A stretch of 48,513 bases of DNA, from assembly GCA_037133175.1 (NCBI GenBank), contig JBAXOQ010000001.1, positions 1 through 48,513 on the forward strand, given 5' to 3'. Source of the stretch: Actinomycetes bacterium. GTDB lineage: Bacteria; Actinomycetota; Actinomycetes; S36-B12; UBA10799. Below, in pieces: positions 24,746 through 36,004 of the stretch. The translations under genes and the position numbers were made by a program. The notes under the pieces are model-generated. The model was not told where the DNA came from. It searched no databases and saw only the letters and a program-made list of their open reading frames with translations. Numbering within the stretch: the first letter of the stretch is position 1; every line of letters begins with the position of its first letter.

Positions 24746-25054
24746 ATGGCGGGACAGAAGATCCGCATTAGGCTCAAGGCCTACGACCACGAGGTCATCG
24801 ACCAGTCGGCGCGCAAGATCGTCGAGACGGTGACTCGTACCGGTGCGCAGGTTGCCGGCCCAGTGCCGCTGCCGACCGAGAAGAACGTGTACTGCGTCAT
24901 TCGCTCGCCGCACAAGTACAAGGACAGCCGCGAGCACTTCGAGATGCGCACGCACAAGCGACTCATCGACATTCTTGACCCGACGCCCAAGACGGTCGAC
25001 TCGCTGATGCGGCTCGACCTGCCGGCTGGCGTCGACATCGAGATCAAGCTCTAG
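24746..25054 (+). CDS. rpsJ: 30S ribosomal protein S10
   Basis: 102 aa, [22 protein letters not shown]... Confidence 0.96.
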   Translation: MAGQKIRIRLKAYDHEVIDQSARKIVETVTRTGAQVAGPVPLPTEKNVYCVIRSPHKYKDSREHFEMRTHKRLIDILDPTPKTVDSLMRLDLPAGVDIEIKL

Positions 25055-25076
25055 ACCTGGCGAGGACACAACAATC

Positions 25077-25730
25077 ATGGGTAGGAATGTGAAGGGCGTG
25101 CTGGGTGAGAAACTCGGCATGACCCAGGTCTGGGATGACGCAAACCGCGTCGTACCCGTGACCGTGATCAAGGCGGGACCATGCGTCGTGACGCAGGTTC
25201 GCACGCCCGACACGGATGGGTACTCGGCGGTTCAGTTGGGTTTCGGAGCGATCGAGCCGCGGAAGGTGAATCAACCTTCGGCGGGTCACTTCGCGAAGGC
25301 CGGCACCGCACCGCGGCGTCACCTGGTTGAGCTGCGCACCGACGATGCATCGGAGTACACGCTCGGCCAGGAGATCGGCCCCGACATTTTCGAGGCCGGG
25401 CAGCTGGTCGACGTGACGGGCACCACCAAGGGCAAGGGCTACGCCGGCGTCATGAAGCGTCACGGGTTCTCCGGCTTGAAGGCTTCGCACGGTGTGCAAC
25501 GCAAGCACCGCTCGCCGGGTTCCATCGGCGCCTGCGCCACCCCGGGCAGGGTTTTTGCCGGGGTTCGGATGGCTGGTCGGATGGGACAAGATCGCCAGAC
25601 CACCCAGAACCTGACCGTGGTCAAGGTCGATGTGGAGCGCGGACTGATCTTGATCCGCGGCGCTGTACCCGGGCCCAAGGGCGCTCTGGTGCTGATCCGC
25701 AATGCGGTGAAGGGCGGGGCGGCGAAATGA
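25077..25730 (+). CDS. rplC: 50S ribosomal protein L3
   Basis: 217 aa, ...[14 protein letters not shown]..., S10-operon order. Confidence 0.95.
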   Translation: MGRNVKGVLGEKLGMTQVWDDANRVVPVTVIKAGPCVVTQVRTPDTDGYSAVQLGFGAIEPRKVNQPSAGHFAKAGTAPRRHLVELRTDDASEYTLGQEIGPDIFEAGQLVDVTGTTKGKGYAGVMKRHGFSGLKASHGVQRKHRSPGSIGACATPGRVFAGVRMAGRMGQDRQTTQNLTVVKVDVERGLILIRGAVPGPKGALVLIRNAVKGGAAK

Positions 25731-26419
25731 CAACAGTGGACGTGCGCACAGTCGAGGGCGGCACTGACGGTACCGTCGAGTTGCCTGCCGCGATCTTCGA
25801 TGTTGAAGTCAACATTCCGCTGATCCACCAGGTCGTCGTCGCGCAGTTGGCGGCAGCCCGGCAGGGAACCCACAGCACCAAGCGTCGCGGCGAGGTTCGT
25901 GGTGGCGGTCGTAAGCCGTACAAGCAGAAGGGCACCGGACGCGCCCGACAGGGTTCGACGCGTGCACCCCAGTTCGTCGGCGGCGGTGTTGTTCATGGAC
26001 CCAAGCCCCGCGACTACTCCCAGCGGACGCCGAAGAAGATGATTGCCGGAGCTCTGCGCGGGGCGCTCAGTGATCGGGCCCGCAACGAACGCATCCATGT
26101 GGTGGCGGACTTCGTCGTCGGTGACAGTGTCTCGACCAAGGCCGCAGTGAACCTGCTCCGTTCAATCAGTGAGCGCACCAACGTGCTGGTCGTACTGGAC
26201 TCGCCCGAGTCAATGGCTTGGCGTTCGCTGCGCAACGCGGACGGGGTGCACCTGCTGACGCAGGAGCAGCTCAACGCCTACGACGTGTTGATCAGTGACG
26301 ACATCGTGTTCACCCGCGCCTCACTTGAGGCCTTTGTGGAGCGTTCGTCGAAGACGCTGTCCAAGCGAGCCCTGGCGGCCGCTGCACAGACGTTAGAGCA
26401 GGAAGAAGGTGCAGCCTGA
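25727..26419 (+). CDS. rplD: 50S ribosomal protein L4
   Basis: 230 aa. ATGA overlap with rpl[21 protein letters not shown]. Confidence 0.95.
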   Translation: MTTVDVRTVEGGTDGTVELPAAIFDVEVNIPLIHQVVVAQLAAARQGTHSTKRRGEVRGGGRKPYKQKGTGRARQGSTRAPQFVGGGVVHGPKPRDYSQRTPKKMIAGALRGALSDRARNERIHVVADFVVGDSVSTKAAVNLLRSISERTNVLVVLDSPESMAWRSLRNADGVHLLTQEQLNAYDVLISDDIVFTRASLEAFVERSSKTLSKRALAAAAQTLEQEEGAA

Positions 26420-26715
26420 TGAAGATTGATCCAGGGGAGATCCTGCTCGGACCGGTGGTTTCGGAGAAGAGCTACGGGCTCCTCGACGAGAACAAGTACA
26501 CGTTCCTGGTGCATCCGGACGCGACCAAGACCCAGATCAAGATCGCCGTCGAGGTTGCCTTCAAGGTCCACGTCACCGGTGTGAACACCAACAACCGTCA
26601 GGGCAAGCGGATTCGTACCCGTCAGGGGTACGGCAAGCGCGCCGACACCAAGCGCGCGATCGTCTCACTCAAGCAGGGCGACCGTATCGACATCTTCGGA
26701 GGTCCGGTCTCCTAA
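26419..26715 (+). CDS. rplW: 50S ribosomal protein L23
   Basis: 98 aa. TGATG overlap with rplD. Operon order. Confidence 0.92.
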   Translation: MKIDPGEILLGPVVSEKSYGLLDENKYTFLVHPDATKTQIKIAVEVAFKVHVTGVNTNNRQGKRIRTRQGYGKRADTKRAIVSLKQGDRIDIFGGPVS

Positions 26716-26747
26716 CGGCCGGGACTAAAAGGGACACGAGAAGAGCC

Positions 26748-27584
26748 ATGGGAATCCGAAAGTACAAGCCAACGACGTCGTCGCGTCGCGGTTCGAGTGT
26801 GAGCGACTTCGTTGAAGTCACGCGCGCCACGCCTGAGAAATCGCTGGTCCGACCGCTGCCCAAGAAGGGCGGCCGCAACAACTCCGGCAAGATCATGACC
26901 CGCCACCAGGGCGGCGGACACAAGCGCGCCTACCGGATCATCGATTTCAAGCGGTCTGACAAGGACGGCGTGCCGGCCAAGGTAGCGCACATCGAGTACG
27001 ACCCGAACCGCACGGCTCGCATCGCGCTGCTGCATTACGCGGACGGCGAGAAGCGCTACATCGTCGCTCCGGACAAATTGTCGCAAGGCGATCGGGTCGA
27101 GACCGGCCCGGGCGCCGACATCAAGCCCGGGAACAACCTGCCGCTGCGCAACATCCCGACCGGTACAGTTATCCACTGCGTCGAGCTGCGTCCCGGTGGC
27201 GGTGCCAAGATGGGCCGCTCGGCCGGCACCAAGATTCAACTCGTCGCCAAGGACGGCCCCTACGCTCAGTTGCGCTTGCCCTCCGGCGAGATTCGCAACG
27301 TTGATGTGCGGTGCCGCGCCTCGATCGGTGAGGTCGGCAACGCTTCTCAGTCCAATATCAACTGGGGTAAGGCCGGCCGCATGCGTTGGAAGGGCAAGCG
27401 GCCGACCGTACGCGGTGTGGTCATGAACCCGGTGGACCATCCGCACGGTGGTGGTGAAGGAAAGACGTCTGGTGGGCGGCACCCCGTCAACCCGAACGGC
27501 AAGCCTGAGGGTCGCACGCGGGCCAAGAACAAGGCCAGCGACAAGTTCATCGTCCGTCGCCGCAAGACCGGCAAGAAGCGCTAG
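26748..27584 (+). CDS. rplB: 50S ribosomal protein L2
   Basis: 278 aa, [15 protein letters not shown]..., [16 protein letters not shown]. Confidence 0.96.
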   Translation: MGIRKYKPTTSSRRGSSVSDFVEVTRATPEKSLVRPLPKKGGRNNSGKIMTRHQGGGHKRAYRIIDFKRSDKDGVPAKVAHIEYDPNRTARIALLHYADGEKRYIVAPDKLSQGDRVETGPGADIKPGNNLPLRNIPTGTVIHCVELRPGGGAKMGRSAGTKIQLVAKDGPYAQLRLPSGEIRNVDVRCRASIGEVGNASQSNINWGKAGRMRWKGKRPTVRGVVMNPVDHPHGGGEGKTSGGRHPVNPNGKPEGRTRAKNKASDKFIVRRRKTGKKR

Positions 27585-27598
27585 AGGGGTATTGATCA

Positions 27599-27880
27599 AT
27601 GCCGCGTAGTCTTAAGAAGGGCCCGTTTGTGGACGACCACCTCATGAAGAAGGTGGAAGTCCAGAACGAAGCCGGAACCCACAACGTGATCAAGACCTGG
27701 TCGCGTCGTTCAATGATCGTGCCTGCCATGCTCGGCCACACGCTGGCGGTGCACGACGGACGCAAGCACGTGCCGATCTTCATCAGCGAGAACATGGTTG
27801 GGCACAAGCTCGGGGAGTTTGCACCTACCAGGACGTTCAAAGGCCACATCAAGGACGACCGAAAGAGCAAACGCCGCTAG
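27599..27880 (+). CDS. rpsS: 30S ribosomal protein S19
   Basis: 93 aa, [15 protein letters not shown]... Confidence 0.96.
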   Translation: MPRSLKKGPFVDDHLMKKVEVQNEAGTHNVIKTWSRRSMIVPAMLGHTLAVHDGRKHVPIFISENMVGHKLGEFAPTRTFKGHIKDDRKSKRR

Positions 27881-27957
27881 CCGAGCAGGCGCGGTACCGA
27901 TCTGCCCGTTCGGCGTACCAAAGACATCAAGACGCACGAGCAAGAACAACAGTCAGC

Positions 27958-27982
27958 CCGACAGTAACCGACAGACCGACAG
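27958..27982 (+). repeat. Three closely spaced CCGACAG heptamers
   Basis: CCGACAG at 27958, 27968 and 27976, in the 114-nt rpsS-rplV spacer. Confidence 0.6.
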
Positions 27983-27994
27983 CGAGGGATTGCG

Positions 27995-28354
27995 ATGGAA
28001 GCCATGGCCAGGGCGCGGTACATCCGTGTCACGCCCATGAAGGCCCGCCGAGTGGTGGACCTCATTCGTGGGTTACCTGCTGCCGAGGCGGAAGCGATTC
28101 TTCGCTACGCGCCGCAAGCAGCCAGCGAGCCAGTAGGCAAGGTGCTCAAGAGCGCCATCGCCAACGCAACGAACAACGACGGACTTGATGCCGCGACCTT
28201 GGTTGTCACCAAGGCGTACGTGGACGAGGGACCGACGATGAAACGGTTCCGTCCGCGTGCGCAAGGTCGCGCGTTCCGGATCCGCAAACGGACCAGCCAC
28301 ATCACGATTGTCGTCGAGCCATTGCTCTCGCCGACCGGAAAAAAGAAGAGGTAG
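27995..28354 (+). CDS. rplV: 50S ribosomal protein L22
   Basis: 119 aa, ...[20 protein letters not shown]... Confidence 0.92.
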   Translation: MEAMARARYIRVTPMKARRVVDLIRGLPAAEAEAILRYAPQAASEPVGKVLKSAIANATNNDGLDAATLVVTKAYVDEGPTMKRFRPRAQGRAFRIRKRTSHITIVVEPLLSPTGKKKR

Positions 28355-28357
28355 ACC

Positions 28358-29218
28358 GTGGGCCAGAAGGTCAATCCGCACGGCTTCCGCCTCGGCATCT
28401 CGACGGACTTCACGTCCCGTTGGTTTGCCGACAGCTCGAAGGTCGGTCAGCGCTATCGCGACTATGTCGCCGAGGACGTCAAGATCCGCAAGCTGATGAC
28501 CACCGGGATGGAACGTGCCGGCATCAGCAAGGTCGAGATCGAGCGCACTCGCGAACGGGTCCGCATCGATATCTATACCGCGCGTCCAGGCATTGTCATC
28601 GGCCGGCGCGGGGCAGAGGCAGATCGCATCCGCGGGGAGCTTGAACAGCTGACCGGCAAGCAGGTGCAGCTGAACATCCTGGAAGTCAAGAACCCAGAGG
28701 TGGACGCGCAGTTGATCGCCCAGGGCGTGGCAGAACAGCTGTCGAGCCGGGTGTCGTTCCGCCGCGCCATGCGTAAGGCTATGCAGAGCGCGATGAAGTC
28801 CGGCGCCAAGGGCATCAGAATCCAGGTCAGTGGTCGTCTGGGTGGGGCTGAGATGAGCCGCACCGAGTTCTACCGTGAGGGTCGAGTTCCGTTGCACACG
28901 CTGCGTGCGGACATCGACTACGGCTTCCATGAGGCCCGCACCACCTTCGGCCGGATCGGCGTGAAGGTGTGGGTGTATCACGGTGAGGTTTCCACCGATC
29001 GCACCGAGCGCCTTGCCCAGCAGAACGCCAGGTTGTCTCGTCCCGGCGCCGGTAGCGGTGGCCGCGGACGTCGCGACGATCGTGGCGATCGTGGCGATCG
29101 TGGCGATCGTGGCGGGGCAGGTGGCCGCGGCCGCGCCCCGCGTACTGAGTCGCAGTCGGCCGGTGCCGCTGCAGAAGCGCCGGTCGCGGCAGCCGCCGCG
29201 CCGCAGACGGGAGCCTGA
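28358..29218 (+). CDS. rpsC: 30S ribosomal protein S3 with an Arg/Gly/Asp-rich C-terminal extension
   Basis: 286 aa, [14 protein letters not shown]... Tail of ~75 aa containing [11 protein letters not shown]. Confidence 0.95.
   Translation: MGQKVNPHGFRLGISTDFTSRWFADSSKVGQRYRDYVAEDVKIRKLMTTGMERAGISKVEIERTRERVRIDIYTARPGIVIGRRGAEADRIRGELEQLTGKQVQLNILEVKNPEVDAQLIAQGVAEQLSSRVSFRRAMRKAMQSAMKSGAKGIRIQVSGRLGGAEMSRTEFYREGRVPLHTLRADIDYGFHEARTTFGRIGVKVWVYHGEVSTDRTERLAQQNARLSRPGAGSGGRGRRDDRGDRGDRGDRGGAGGRGRAPRTESQSAGAAAEAPVAAAAAPQTGA
29072..29114 (+). repeat. 9-nt in-frame tandem repeat (CGTGGCGAT) inside the rpsC tail
   Basis: Three perfect units at 29081-29107, with degenerate and partial units flanking. 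Encodes the (RGD)n repeat. Confidence 0.8.
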
Positions 29219-29223
29219 TCCCA

Positions 29224-29643
29224 GTGCTCATTCCACGCAAGGTCAAGCACCGCAAGCAGCACCACCCCGGACGTTCCGGAGTTGCCAAGGGCGGCACCAC
29301 CGTGACTTTCGGCGACTGGGGCCTGCAGGCACTGGAGCCGGCTTACGTCACCAACCGGCAGATCGAGTCCGCCCGTATCGCCATCAACCGGCACATCCGT
29401 CGTGGCGGCAAGGTGTGGATCACGATCTACCCCGACCGACCACTGACCAAGAAGCCGGCAGAGACCCGGATGGGTTCGGGTAAAGGCTCTCCTGAATGGT
29501 GGGTCGCGAACGTCAAGCCTGGACGGGTGATGTTCGAGCTGACCTACCCGAACGAAGAAGCCGCCCGGGAAGCACTAACAAGGGCCATGCACAAGTTGCC
29601 AATGAAGTGTCGGATCATCCGGCGAGAGGTGGTGGAGGACTGA
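29224..29643 (+). CDS. rplP: 50S ribosomal protein L16
   Basis: 139 aa, GTG start, [13 protein letters not shown]... Confidence 0.95.
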   Translation: MLIPRKVKHRKQHHPGRSGVAKGGTTVTFGDWGLQALEPAYVTNRQIESARIAINRHIRRGGKVWITIYPDRPLTKKPAETRMGSGKGSPEWWVANVKPGRVMFELTYPNEEAAREALTRAMHKLPMKCRIIRREVVED

Positions 29644-29882
29644 TGGCGGCTATTCTGACTCCCACCTTGGAGTTGCGCGATATGGACGACGACAGCTTGC
29701 ACAGGAAGCTGATCGAGTCCAAGGAAGAGCTTTTCAACCTGCGTTTCCAAGCTGCCACCGGCCAGCTGGAGAGCCACGGCCGGCTGCGCGCCGTGCGCCG
29801 CGAGATTGCCCGGATCTACACCATCATGCGTGAACGTGAACTCGGAATCACCGCCTACGAAGGACAGGAGGGTGACTCATGA
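29643..29882 (+). CDS. rpmC: 50S ribosomal protein L29
   Basis: ATG 29643 overlaps the rplP TGA (TGATG). 79 aa, ...[15 protein letters not shown]... Confidence 0.9.
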   Translation: MAAILTPTLELRDMDDDSLHRKLIESKEELFNLRFQAATGQLESHGRLRAVRREIARIYTIMRERELGITAYEGQEGDS

Positions 29883-30160
29883 GCGAGCAAACCCCGGCGG
29901 AGGAATCGCCCCGCGGCTATCGCAAGGTCCGGGAGGGCCTGGTAGTCAGCAACAAGATGGACAAGACGATCGTGGTCGCTGTCGAAGATCGGTTCAAGCA
30001 CCCGATGTACGGCAAGGTCGTGCGCCGCACGAACCGTTTGAAGGCTCACGATGAGCAGAACATCTGCGGACCCGGTGACCGTGTCTTGATCATGGAAACT
30101 CGCCCGCTGTCCGCGACCAAGCGTTGGCGCCTGGTCGAGATTCTGGAGAAGGCGAAGTGA
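29879..30160 (+). CDS. rpsQ: 30S ribosomal protein S17
   Basis: 93 aa. ATGA overlap. ...[20 protein letters not shown]... Confidence 0.94.
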   Translation: MSEQTPAEESPRGYRKVREGLVVSNKMDKTIVVAVEDRFKHPMYGKVVRRTNRLKAHDEQNICGPGDRVLIMETRPLSATKRWRLVEILEKAK

Positions 30161-30209
30161 ACCACCCCACGCAATCGCTCGCTACGCTCACAATTCCGAG
30201 GGGGCCCCG

Positions 30210-30581
30210 GTGATTCAGCAGGAATCTCGGCTACGTGTGGCCGACAACACTGGTGCCAAGGAGCTGCTGTGCATTCGCGTGCTCGGGGGTTCATCACGTC
30301 GGTACGCAGGCATCGGCGACATCATCGTGGCGACGGTCAAGGACGCCATCCCTGGTGGCAACGTCAAGAAGGGCGAGGTTGTCAAGGCCGTCATCGTGCG
30401 GACCAAGAAGGAACGTCGCCGTCCAGACGGTTCCTACATCCGGTTCGATGAGAACGCCGCTGTCGTGCTCAAGGGCGACAACCTTGAACCGCGCGGTACC
30501 CGTATCTTCGGACCGGTCGGGCGTGAACTTCGCGACAAGAAGTTCATGAAGATCATTTCACTGGCTCCGGAGGTGCTGTGA
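30210..30581 (+). CDS. rplN: 50S ribosomal protein L14
   Basis: 123 aa, [18 protein letters not shown]... Confidence 0.96.
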   Translation: MIQQESRLRVADNTGAKELLCIRVLGGSSRRYAGIGDIIVATVKDAIPGGNVKKGEVVKAVIVRTKKERRRPDGSYIRFDENAAVVLKGDNLEPRGTRIFGPVGRELRDKKFMKIISLAPEVL

Positions 30582-30943
30582 TGGCCGGTTTGAAGATTCG
30601 CAAGGGTGACACCGTTCTGGTGATCTCCGGCAAGGACAAAGGGGTCAAGGGAAAGGTCATCAAGACCCTCCCCGACCAGGACCGGATCATCGTCGAAGGT
30701 GTCAACCGCGTCAAGCGCCATACCAAGGTTGGCCAGGGCATTCGCGGCGCCAAGACTGGCGGCATCATCGTCCAGGAAGCGGCCGTGCACATCTCGAACG
30801 TGATGCTCGTCGATTCCGATGGCAAGGCGACCCGCGTGTCCAAGCGTCGCGAAGAGGTCGACAAGCAGCGCACGGACGGAACGAGCTACACAGGATCGCG
30901 CGGCGTACGAGTATCGGCGCGCAGTGGTAAGGACATTTCATGA
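30581..30943 (+). CDS. rplX: 50S ribosomal protein L24
   Basis: ATG 30581 overlaps the rplN stop (GTG 30578 is the alternative). KOW motif [17 protein letters not shown]. Confidence 0.92.
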   Translation: MAGLKIRKGDTVLVISGKDKGVKGKVIKTLPDQDRIIVEGVNRVKRHTKVGQGIRGAKTGGIIVQEAAVHISNVMLVDSDGKATRVSKRREEVDKQRTDGTSYTGSRGVRVSARSGKDIS

Positions 30944-31506
30944 CAGCAGTGACACAGGCGGGTGTTCCTCGCCTGAAGGCTCGGTACAACGACGAGATTC
31001 GCGCAGAATTGCAGCGCTCGCTGGAGTTGGGCAACATCATGCAGGTGCCCGGCCTGGTCAAGATCGTAGTCAACATGGGGGTGGGTGAAGCCGCCCGCGA
31101 TGCCAAGATCATCGATGGCGCCATCCGTGACTTGGCCACCATCACCGGCCAGAAGCCCCAGGTCACCAAGGCTCGCAAGTCCATTGCCCAGTTCAAGCTG
31201 CGCGAAGGCCAGCCGATCGGTGCGCACTCCACGCTGCGAGGCGACCGGATGTGGGAGTTCCTGGATCGACTGCTGTCGGTGGCACTGCCCCGCATTCGTG
31301 ACTTCCGAGGATTGTCTCCGAAGCAGTTTGACGGCCGTGGCAACTACACGTTCGGGCTCAACGAGCAGGTCATGTTCCCCGAGATCAACCAAGACAAGAT
31401 CGACCGCGTCCGTGGCATGGACGTCACCGTCGTAACGACTGCCGCAAATGACGAGGAAGGGCGCGCGCTGTTGCGGGCGCTTGGCTTCCCTTTCAAGGAG
31501 AACTGA
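30940..31506 (+). CDS. rplE: 50S ribosomal protein L5
   Basis: 188 aa. ATGA overlap. ...[11 protein letters not shown]... Confidence 0.95.
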   Translation: MTAVTQAGVPRLKARYNDEIRAELQRSLELGNIMQVPGLVKIVVNMGVGEAARDAKIIDGAIRDLATITGQKPQVTKARKSIAQFKLREGQPIGAHSTLRGDRMWEFLDRLLSVALPRIRDFRGLSPKQFDGRGNYTFGLNEQVMFPEINQDKIDRVRGMDVTVVTTAANDEEGRALLRALGFPFKEN

Positions 31507-31507
31507 C

Positions 31508-31693
31508 GTGGCCAAGAAATCGTTGATCGCCAAAGCGAAGCGCAAGCCGAAGTTCGCGGTGCGTGCCTACACCCGGTGCAACCGGTGCGGTCGTCCTCAT
31601 TCGGTGTACCGCAAGTTCGGCCTTTGCCGGATCTGCCTTCGCGAGATGGCACACAACGGTGAGCTGCCCGGCGTCACCAAGAGTTCCTGGTAG
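31508..31693 (+). CDS. rpsN: 30S ribosomal protein S14, zinc-binding type Z
   Basis: GTG 31508, 61 aa. CNRC...CRIC (four Cys). Confidence 0.92.
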   Translation: MAKKSLIAKAKRKPKFAVRAYTRCNRCGRPHSVYRKFGLCRICLREMAHNGELPGVTKSSW

Positions 31694-31806
31694 CGCCAAG
31701 ACCCCCTACGTAGCACCATCTGGCGCGGTGAACGCCCCGCCAGCAAACTTCTAAGAGCGCCGAAGGTCCCGATGACGGAAACCACGGTGAGGAAGGCTTG
31801 AAAGCC

Positions 31807-32205
31807 ATGACGATGACCGACCCGATCGCAGACATGTTGACTCGTCTGCGTAACGGGAACAGTGCATATCACGAGACCGTGCCGATGCCGTATTCGAAGA
31901 TCAAGGAAGGCATCGCCAGGATCCTGGTGGCGCAGGGCTACATTGCCGGCGTGCGGGTAGAGGACGCGGTCGTTGGCCGCACTCTGCTGGTGGACCTGAA
32001 GTACGGACCAGGCCGCGAGCGGTCGATCGCCGGCCTGCGTCGGGTGAGCAAGCCTGGGCTGCGCGTGTACGCCAAGAGCACGGGCATGCCTCGGGTGCTC
32101 GGTGGGCTCGGCATTGCCATCATCTCAACGTCCTCCGGTCTGTTGACCGACCGCGAGGCCTCCAAGAAGGGCGTGGGTGGGGAAGTCCTCGCCTACGTCT
32201 GGTAG
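31807..32205 (+). CDS. rpsH: 30S ribosomal protein S8
   Basis: ATG 31807 gives [26 protein letters not shown] upstream. Confidence 0.94.
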   Translation: MTMTDPIADMLTRLRNGNSAYHETVPMPYSKIKEGIARILVAQGYIAGVRVEDAVVGRTLLVDLKYGPGRERSIAGLRRVSKPGLRVYAKSTGMPRVLGGLGIAIISTSSGLLTDREASKKGVGGEVLAYVW

Positions 32206-32213
32206 GGGGAGCC

Positions 32214-32753
32214 ATGTCACGCATCGGACGCTTGCCGATCACGATCCCTGCCAACGTCAAGCTTGAGATCTCGGGCAGCGAGGTCACCGTGGTTGGGCCG
32301 AAGGGGACGCTGAGTCATACCCTCGCCTCGCCAATAGAGATCGCCAAGCAGGAGGACGGCACCTACTCGGTGACCCGGCCCAACGACGAACGGCGCAGCA
32401 AGGCCCTGCACGGGCTGTCTCGGACGCTGGTCAACAACATGGTCATCGGAGTCACCGAGGGATACAAGAAGACCCTTGAGGTCAAGGGCACCGGCTACCG
32501 GGTTGCGCTCAAGGGCACAGGCCTGGAGTTGCAGCTCGGGTTCAGTCACCCAGTTCTGGTCAGTGCTCCAGAGGGCATCACGTTCATCGTCGACAATCCG
32601 ACCCGGTTCGCGGTCGAGGGGATCGACAAACAGAAAGTCGGAGAGGTCTCCGCGAATCTTCGAAAACTGCGCAAGCCGGATCCTTACAAGGGCAAGGGTG
32701 TGCGCTACGCCGGCGAGATTGTTCGGCGCAAGGCCGGAAAGGCTGGAAAGTAG
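32214..32753 (+). CDS. rplF: 50S ribosomal protein L6
   Basis: 179 aa, [12 protein letters not shown]... Confidence 0.95.
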   Translation: MSRIGRLPITIPANVKLEISGSEVTVVGPKGTLSHTLASPIEIAKQEDGTYSVTRPNDERRSKALHGLSRTLVNNMVIGVTEGYKKTLEVKGTGYRVALKGTGLELQLGFSHPVLVSAPEGITFIVDNPTRFAVEGIDKQKVGEVSANLRKLRKPDPYKGKGVRYAGEIVRRKAGKAGK

Positions 32754-32755
32754 TC

Positions 32756-33136
32756 ATGGCGATCAGCAAGAAGATCGGTTCAGGCAGCAAGCGCGCAACC
32801 GGCCGTATCCGCCGCCACGCGAGGGTCCGCAAGAATGTCAATGGGACCCCCGCGCGACCCCGGTTGGTGGTCTTTCGGTCAGCCCGCCATGTGGAAGTGC
32901 AGGTGATCGACGACACTGTCGGCCGCACGGTGGCCTCAGCGTCGACCATGGAGAAGGACATCCGGGCGATCGGCGAGGACAAGACCGCGCAGGCTCGGCG
33001 GGTCGGAGAGTTGGTGGCCGAACGCGCCAAGAGCGCGGGTATCGACGCGGTCGTGTTTGATCGTGGCGGATACCGGTACGCGGGCAGGGTTGCGGCTGTG
33101 GCCGAAGCCGCCCGCGGTGGCGGGCTTACCTTCTAG
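32756..33136 (+). CDS. rplR: 50S ribosomal protein L18
   Basis: 126 aa, ...[20 protein letters not shown]... Confidence 0.94.
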   Translation: MAISKKIGSGSKRATGRIRRHARVRKNVNGTPARPRLVVFRSARHVEVQVIDDTVGRTVASASTMEKDIRAIGEDKTAQARRVGELVAERAKSAGIDAVVFDRGGYRYAGRVAAVAEAARGGGLTF

Positions 33137-33217
33137 CAAGGCGACCTGCGCATCATGCCCGATCGCGCACTGTGACACCGTAGGACTGCGCAACACCCTG
33201 TTCGACCCGCAAGACAC

Positions 33218-33251
33218 CGCACGACGCCGACGGCATCGCACGACATCGACG
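33218..33251 (+). repeat. 15-nt unit repeated at 19-nt period (CGCACGAC-NN-CGACG)
   Basis: Units at 33218-33232 and 33237-33251, 13/15 identical. Lies in the 129-nt rplR-rpsE spacer. Confidence 0.55.
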
Positions 33252-33265
33252 AAGGAAGAGTAGAT

Positions 33266-33847
33266 ATGGCAGCACAGCGCAGAGAGCGCCCCAACAACAG
33301 TCGGGGTGGCGCTGAGAAGAGCAACTACCTGGAGCGCGTGGTGGCTATCAACCGCGTCTCCAAGGTAGTCAAGGGCGGACGACGATTCAGCTTCACCGCG
33401 CTGGTCGTGGTCGGCGACGGCGATGGTCAGGTTGGTGTCGGCTACGGCAAAGCCAAGGAAGTCCCAGCGGCGATCGCCAAGGGTGTCGAGGAGGCCAAGA
33501 AGAGTTTCTTCAAGGTCCCGAGGATCCAGGGCACCATCCCTCACGCCGTCACTGGTGAGAAGGCTGCCGGACGGGTGCTGCTGCGCCCGGCATCCCCAGG
33601 TACTGGCGTCATCGCCGGTGGCCCGGTGCGTGCCGTGCTTGAGTGCGCCGGCGTCCACGATGTGCTGAGCAAATCGCTGGGATCGGACAACGCGATCAAC
33701 ATTGTTCACGCCACGGTCGCCGCGCTCAAGATGCTGGAGCGCCCGGAGGAAGTGGCTGCGCGACGGGGTCTTCCCCTGGAAGACGTCGCGCCAGCGGCTC
33801 TGTTGCGCGCCCGGGCCGCGGGCCTGGCAGCGGCTGCGAGGACATGA
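33266..33847 (+). CDS. rpsE: 30S ribosomal protein S5
   Basis: 193 aa, ...[29 protein letters not shown]... Confidence 0.95.
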   Translation: MAAQRRERPNNSRGGAEKSNYLERVVAINRVSKVVKGGRRFSFTALVVVGDGDGQVGVGYGKAKEVPAAIAKGVEEAKKSFFKVPRIQGTIPHAVTGEKAAGRVLLRPASPGTGVIAGGPVRAVLECAGVHDVLSKSLGSDNAINIVHATVAALKMLERPEEVAARRGLPLEDVAPAALLRARAAGLAAAART

Positions 33848-34053
33848 TGAGTGAAGAAAACGGCACTCTGACACTGAAAGTCACCCAAACCCGGTCAGGG
33901 ATCGGCGGAACGGCGTCGCAACGGGCTACATTGCATACGCTCGGGTTGCGCCGGATCGGCGCTTCGAGAGTGTGGCAAGATCGGCCAGAGGTTCGCGGCA
34001 TGCTGCGAGCAGTCGCTCACTTGGTTTCTGTTGAGGAGGTGCAGTCGTCATGA
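33844..34053 (+). CDS. rpmD: 50S ribosomal protein L30
   Basis: ATG 33844 overlaps the rpsE stop (ATGA). ...[29 protein letters not shown]... Confidence 0.88.
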   Translation: MMSEENGTLTLKVTQTRSGIGGTASQRATLHTLGLRRIGASRVWQDRPEVRGMLRAVAHLVSVEEVQSS

Positions 34054-34493
34054 CACTGAAAGTCCATCATCTGCGCCCGGCTCCTGGCGCCAAGACTGCC
34101 AAGACCCGCGTCGGACGCGGCGAAGGCGGCACTCGCGGCAAGACAGCTGGCCGCGGTACCAAAGGAACCAAGGCCCGCTACCAGGTCAAGGCGGGTTTTG
34201 AGGGCGGACAGATGCCGCTGCACATGCGGTTGCCCAAGCTCAAGGGATTCAAGAACCCGAACAAGGTCGCGTACCAGATCGTCTCCGTCGAGGCCCTCGG
34301 CAAGTTGTTCCCGCAGGGTGGCGCCGTGTCAATCGAGGATCTGGTGTCGGCAGGTGCGGTTCGCAAAGGTAAGCCGGTCAAGGTTCTCGGCTCCGGTGAG
34401 ATCTCAGTCGCTTTGCAGGTGAGCGTGAATGCGTTCTCGGAGTCTGCCAAGGCCAAGCTGAGCGCCGCGGGCGGAACTGCAGTAGAGGTCTGA
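34050..34493 (+). CDS. rplO: 50S ribosomal protein L15
   Basis: 147 aa. ATGA overlap. ...[19 protein letters not shown]... Confidence 0.94.
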   Translation: MTLKVHHLRPAPGAKTAKTRVGRGEGGTRGKTAGRGTKGTKARYQVKAGFEGGQMPLHMRLPKLKGFKNPNKVAYQIVSVEALGKLFPQGGAVSIEDLVSAGAVRKGKPVKVLGSGEISVALQVSVNAFSESAKAKLSAAGGTAVEV

Positions 34494-34500
34494 TCGAGAA

Positions 34501-35796
34501 GTGCTCCGCGCATTCGGGTCTGCCTTCCGAACCCCTGACCTCCGGAACAAGATCCTCTTTACGCTCGGTCTACTGGCGTTGTATCGACTCGGCGCGGTCA
34601 TTCCGATCCCAGGCGTCGATTACACGTCGATTCAGAAGTGCGTCGACCTTGTCCAAGGAAACTCGCTTTACGGGTTGATCAACTTGTTCAGCGGCGGGGC
34701 GTTGCTGCACCTGAGCGTGTTCGCGCTGGGGATCATGCCGTACATCACCGCGAGCATCATCATTCAGCTGCTGGTGGTGGTCATTCCGCGACTCGATGCT
34801 CTCAAACAGGAGGGTCAGAGCGGCCAGGCCAAGCTGACCCAGTACACGCGGTACCTGACCATCGCGCTGGCCATCTTGCAGTCGACCACCATCCTGACGT
34901 TGGCTCGCACCCCTGGGCGACTGTTCCAGGGTTGCAACGAGGAACTCATCCCGAACCAGTCGGTGCCACTGATCATCGTCATGATCATCACCCTGACTGC
35001 CGGAACCGGCATGATCATGTGGTTTGGCGAACTGATCACCGACCGAGGCATCGGCAACGGCATGTCGCTGCTCATCTTCACCTCGATCATCGCCACGATG
35101 CCCGGGCAGTTCGTCGGCGTCTGGCAGTCGCAGGGGAGCCTGGTGATGGCCGGCGTTGTGGTGGTCGGGCTGGTAGTCATCGCCGCAGTCGTCTACGTCG
35201 AACAGGCGCAACGGCGGATCCCTGTCCAATATGCCAAGCGCATGGTCGGATCCAAGATGTATGGCGGCGCCTCCACATACATCCCGCTGAAGGTGAACAT
35301 GGCTGGCGTCATCCCAGTCATCTTCGCGTCGTCGATGCTCTACATCCCGCAGTTGATTGTGACGCTGTCCGGCAGCCAGTCCGAATGGGCCCAGTGGATC
35401 TCTCGGAACCTGAGCAACGGCACCGAGCCGCTGTACCTGCTGATGTACTTCCTGTTGATCGTCTTCTTTGCCTACTTCTACGTGGCCATCACCTTCAACC
35501 CCGTAGAAGTTGCCGACAACATGAAGAAGTACGGCGGCTTCATCCCCGGCATCCGTGCGGGTCGTCCGACTGCCGAGTACCTTGACTACGTGCTGACCCG
35601 ACTGACATTCCCTGGGTCCGTCTACTTGGCCGTCGTCGCGATCATTCCTTTCGTCGCGTTCGGTGGCCTTGGGCTCGGTCAGAGCTTCCTGTTCGGTGGC
35701 ACATCACTGCTGATCATGGTCGGTGTCGGTCTGGACACCGTCAAGCAGGTCGAATCGCAGTTGCAGCAGCGAAACTACGAGGGCTTCCTGAAGTAG
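34501..35796 (+). CDS. secY: Preprotein translocase subunit SecY
   Basis: 431 aa multi-TM protein in the spc-operon position, ...LRNKILFTLGLLALYRLG... Confidence 0.95.
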   Translation: MLRAFGSAFRTPDLRNKILFTLGLLALYRLGAVIPIPGVDYTSIQKCVDLVQGNSLYGLINLFSGGALLHLSVFALGIMPYITASIIIQLLVVVIPRLDALKQEGQSGQAKLTQYTRYLTIALAILQSTTILTLARTPGRLFQGCNEELIPNQSVPLIIVMIITLTAGTGMIMWFGELITDRGIGNGMSLLIFTSIIATMPGQFVGVWQSQGSLVMAGVVVVGLVVIAAVVYVEQAQRRIPVQYAKRMVGSKMYGGASTYIPLKVNMAGVIPVIFASSMLYIPQLIVTLSGSQSEWAQWISRNLSNGTEPLYLLMYFLLIVFFAYFYVAITFNPVEVADNMKKYGGFIPGIRAGRPTAEYLDYVLTRLTFPGSVYLAVVAIIPFVAFGGLGLGQSFLFGGTSLLIMVGVGLDTVKQVESQLQQRNYEGFLK

Positions 35797-36004
35797 CCCT
35801 TGCGGCTGGGCCCGGCGGGATCGGCGGGTGTTAGTCGGCGCTGGCTGGCCGGACGTGCTCTGAGCCCGGCATTTCCACCCTTGGCCGTATCGGTTGGTGG
35901 GTCCGCACCGCGTTCGGGTAGTTTCAGGGCAGGGGTTGGTTCACTCCTCGACACACTGGCGGTGCCGCGATGGTTCCGCGACGAGACGAAAGGTCGTTCA
36001 TCTC

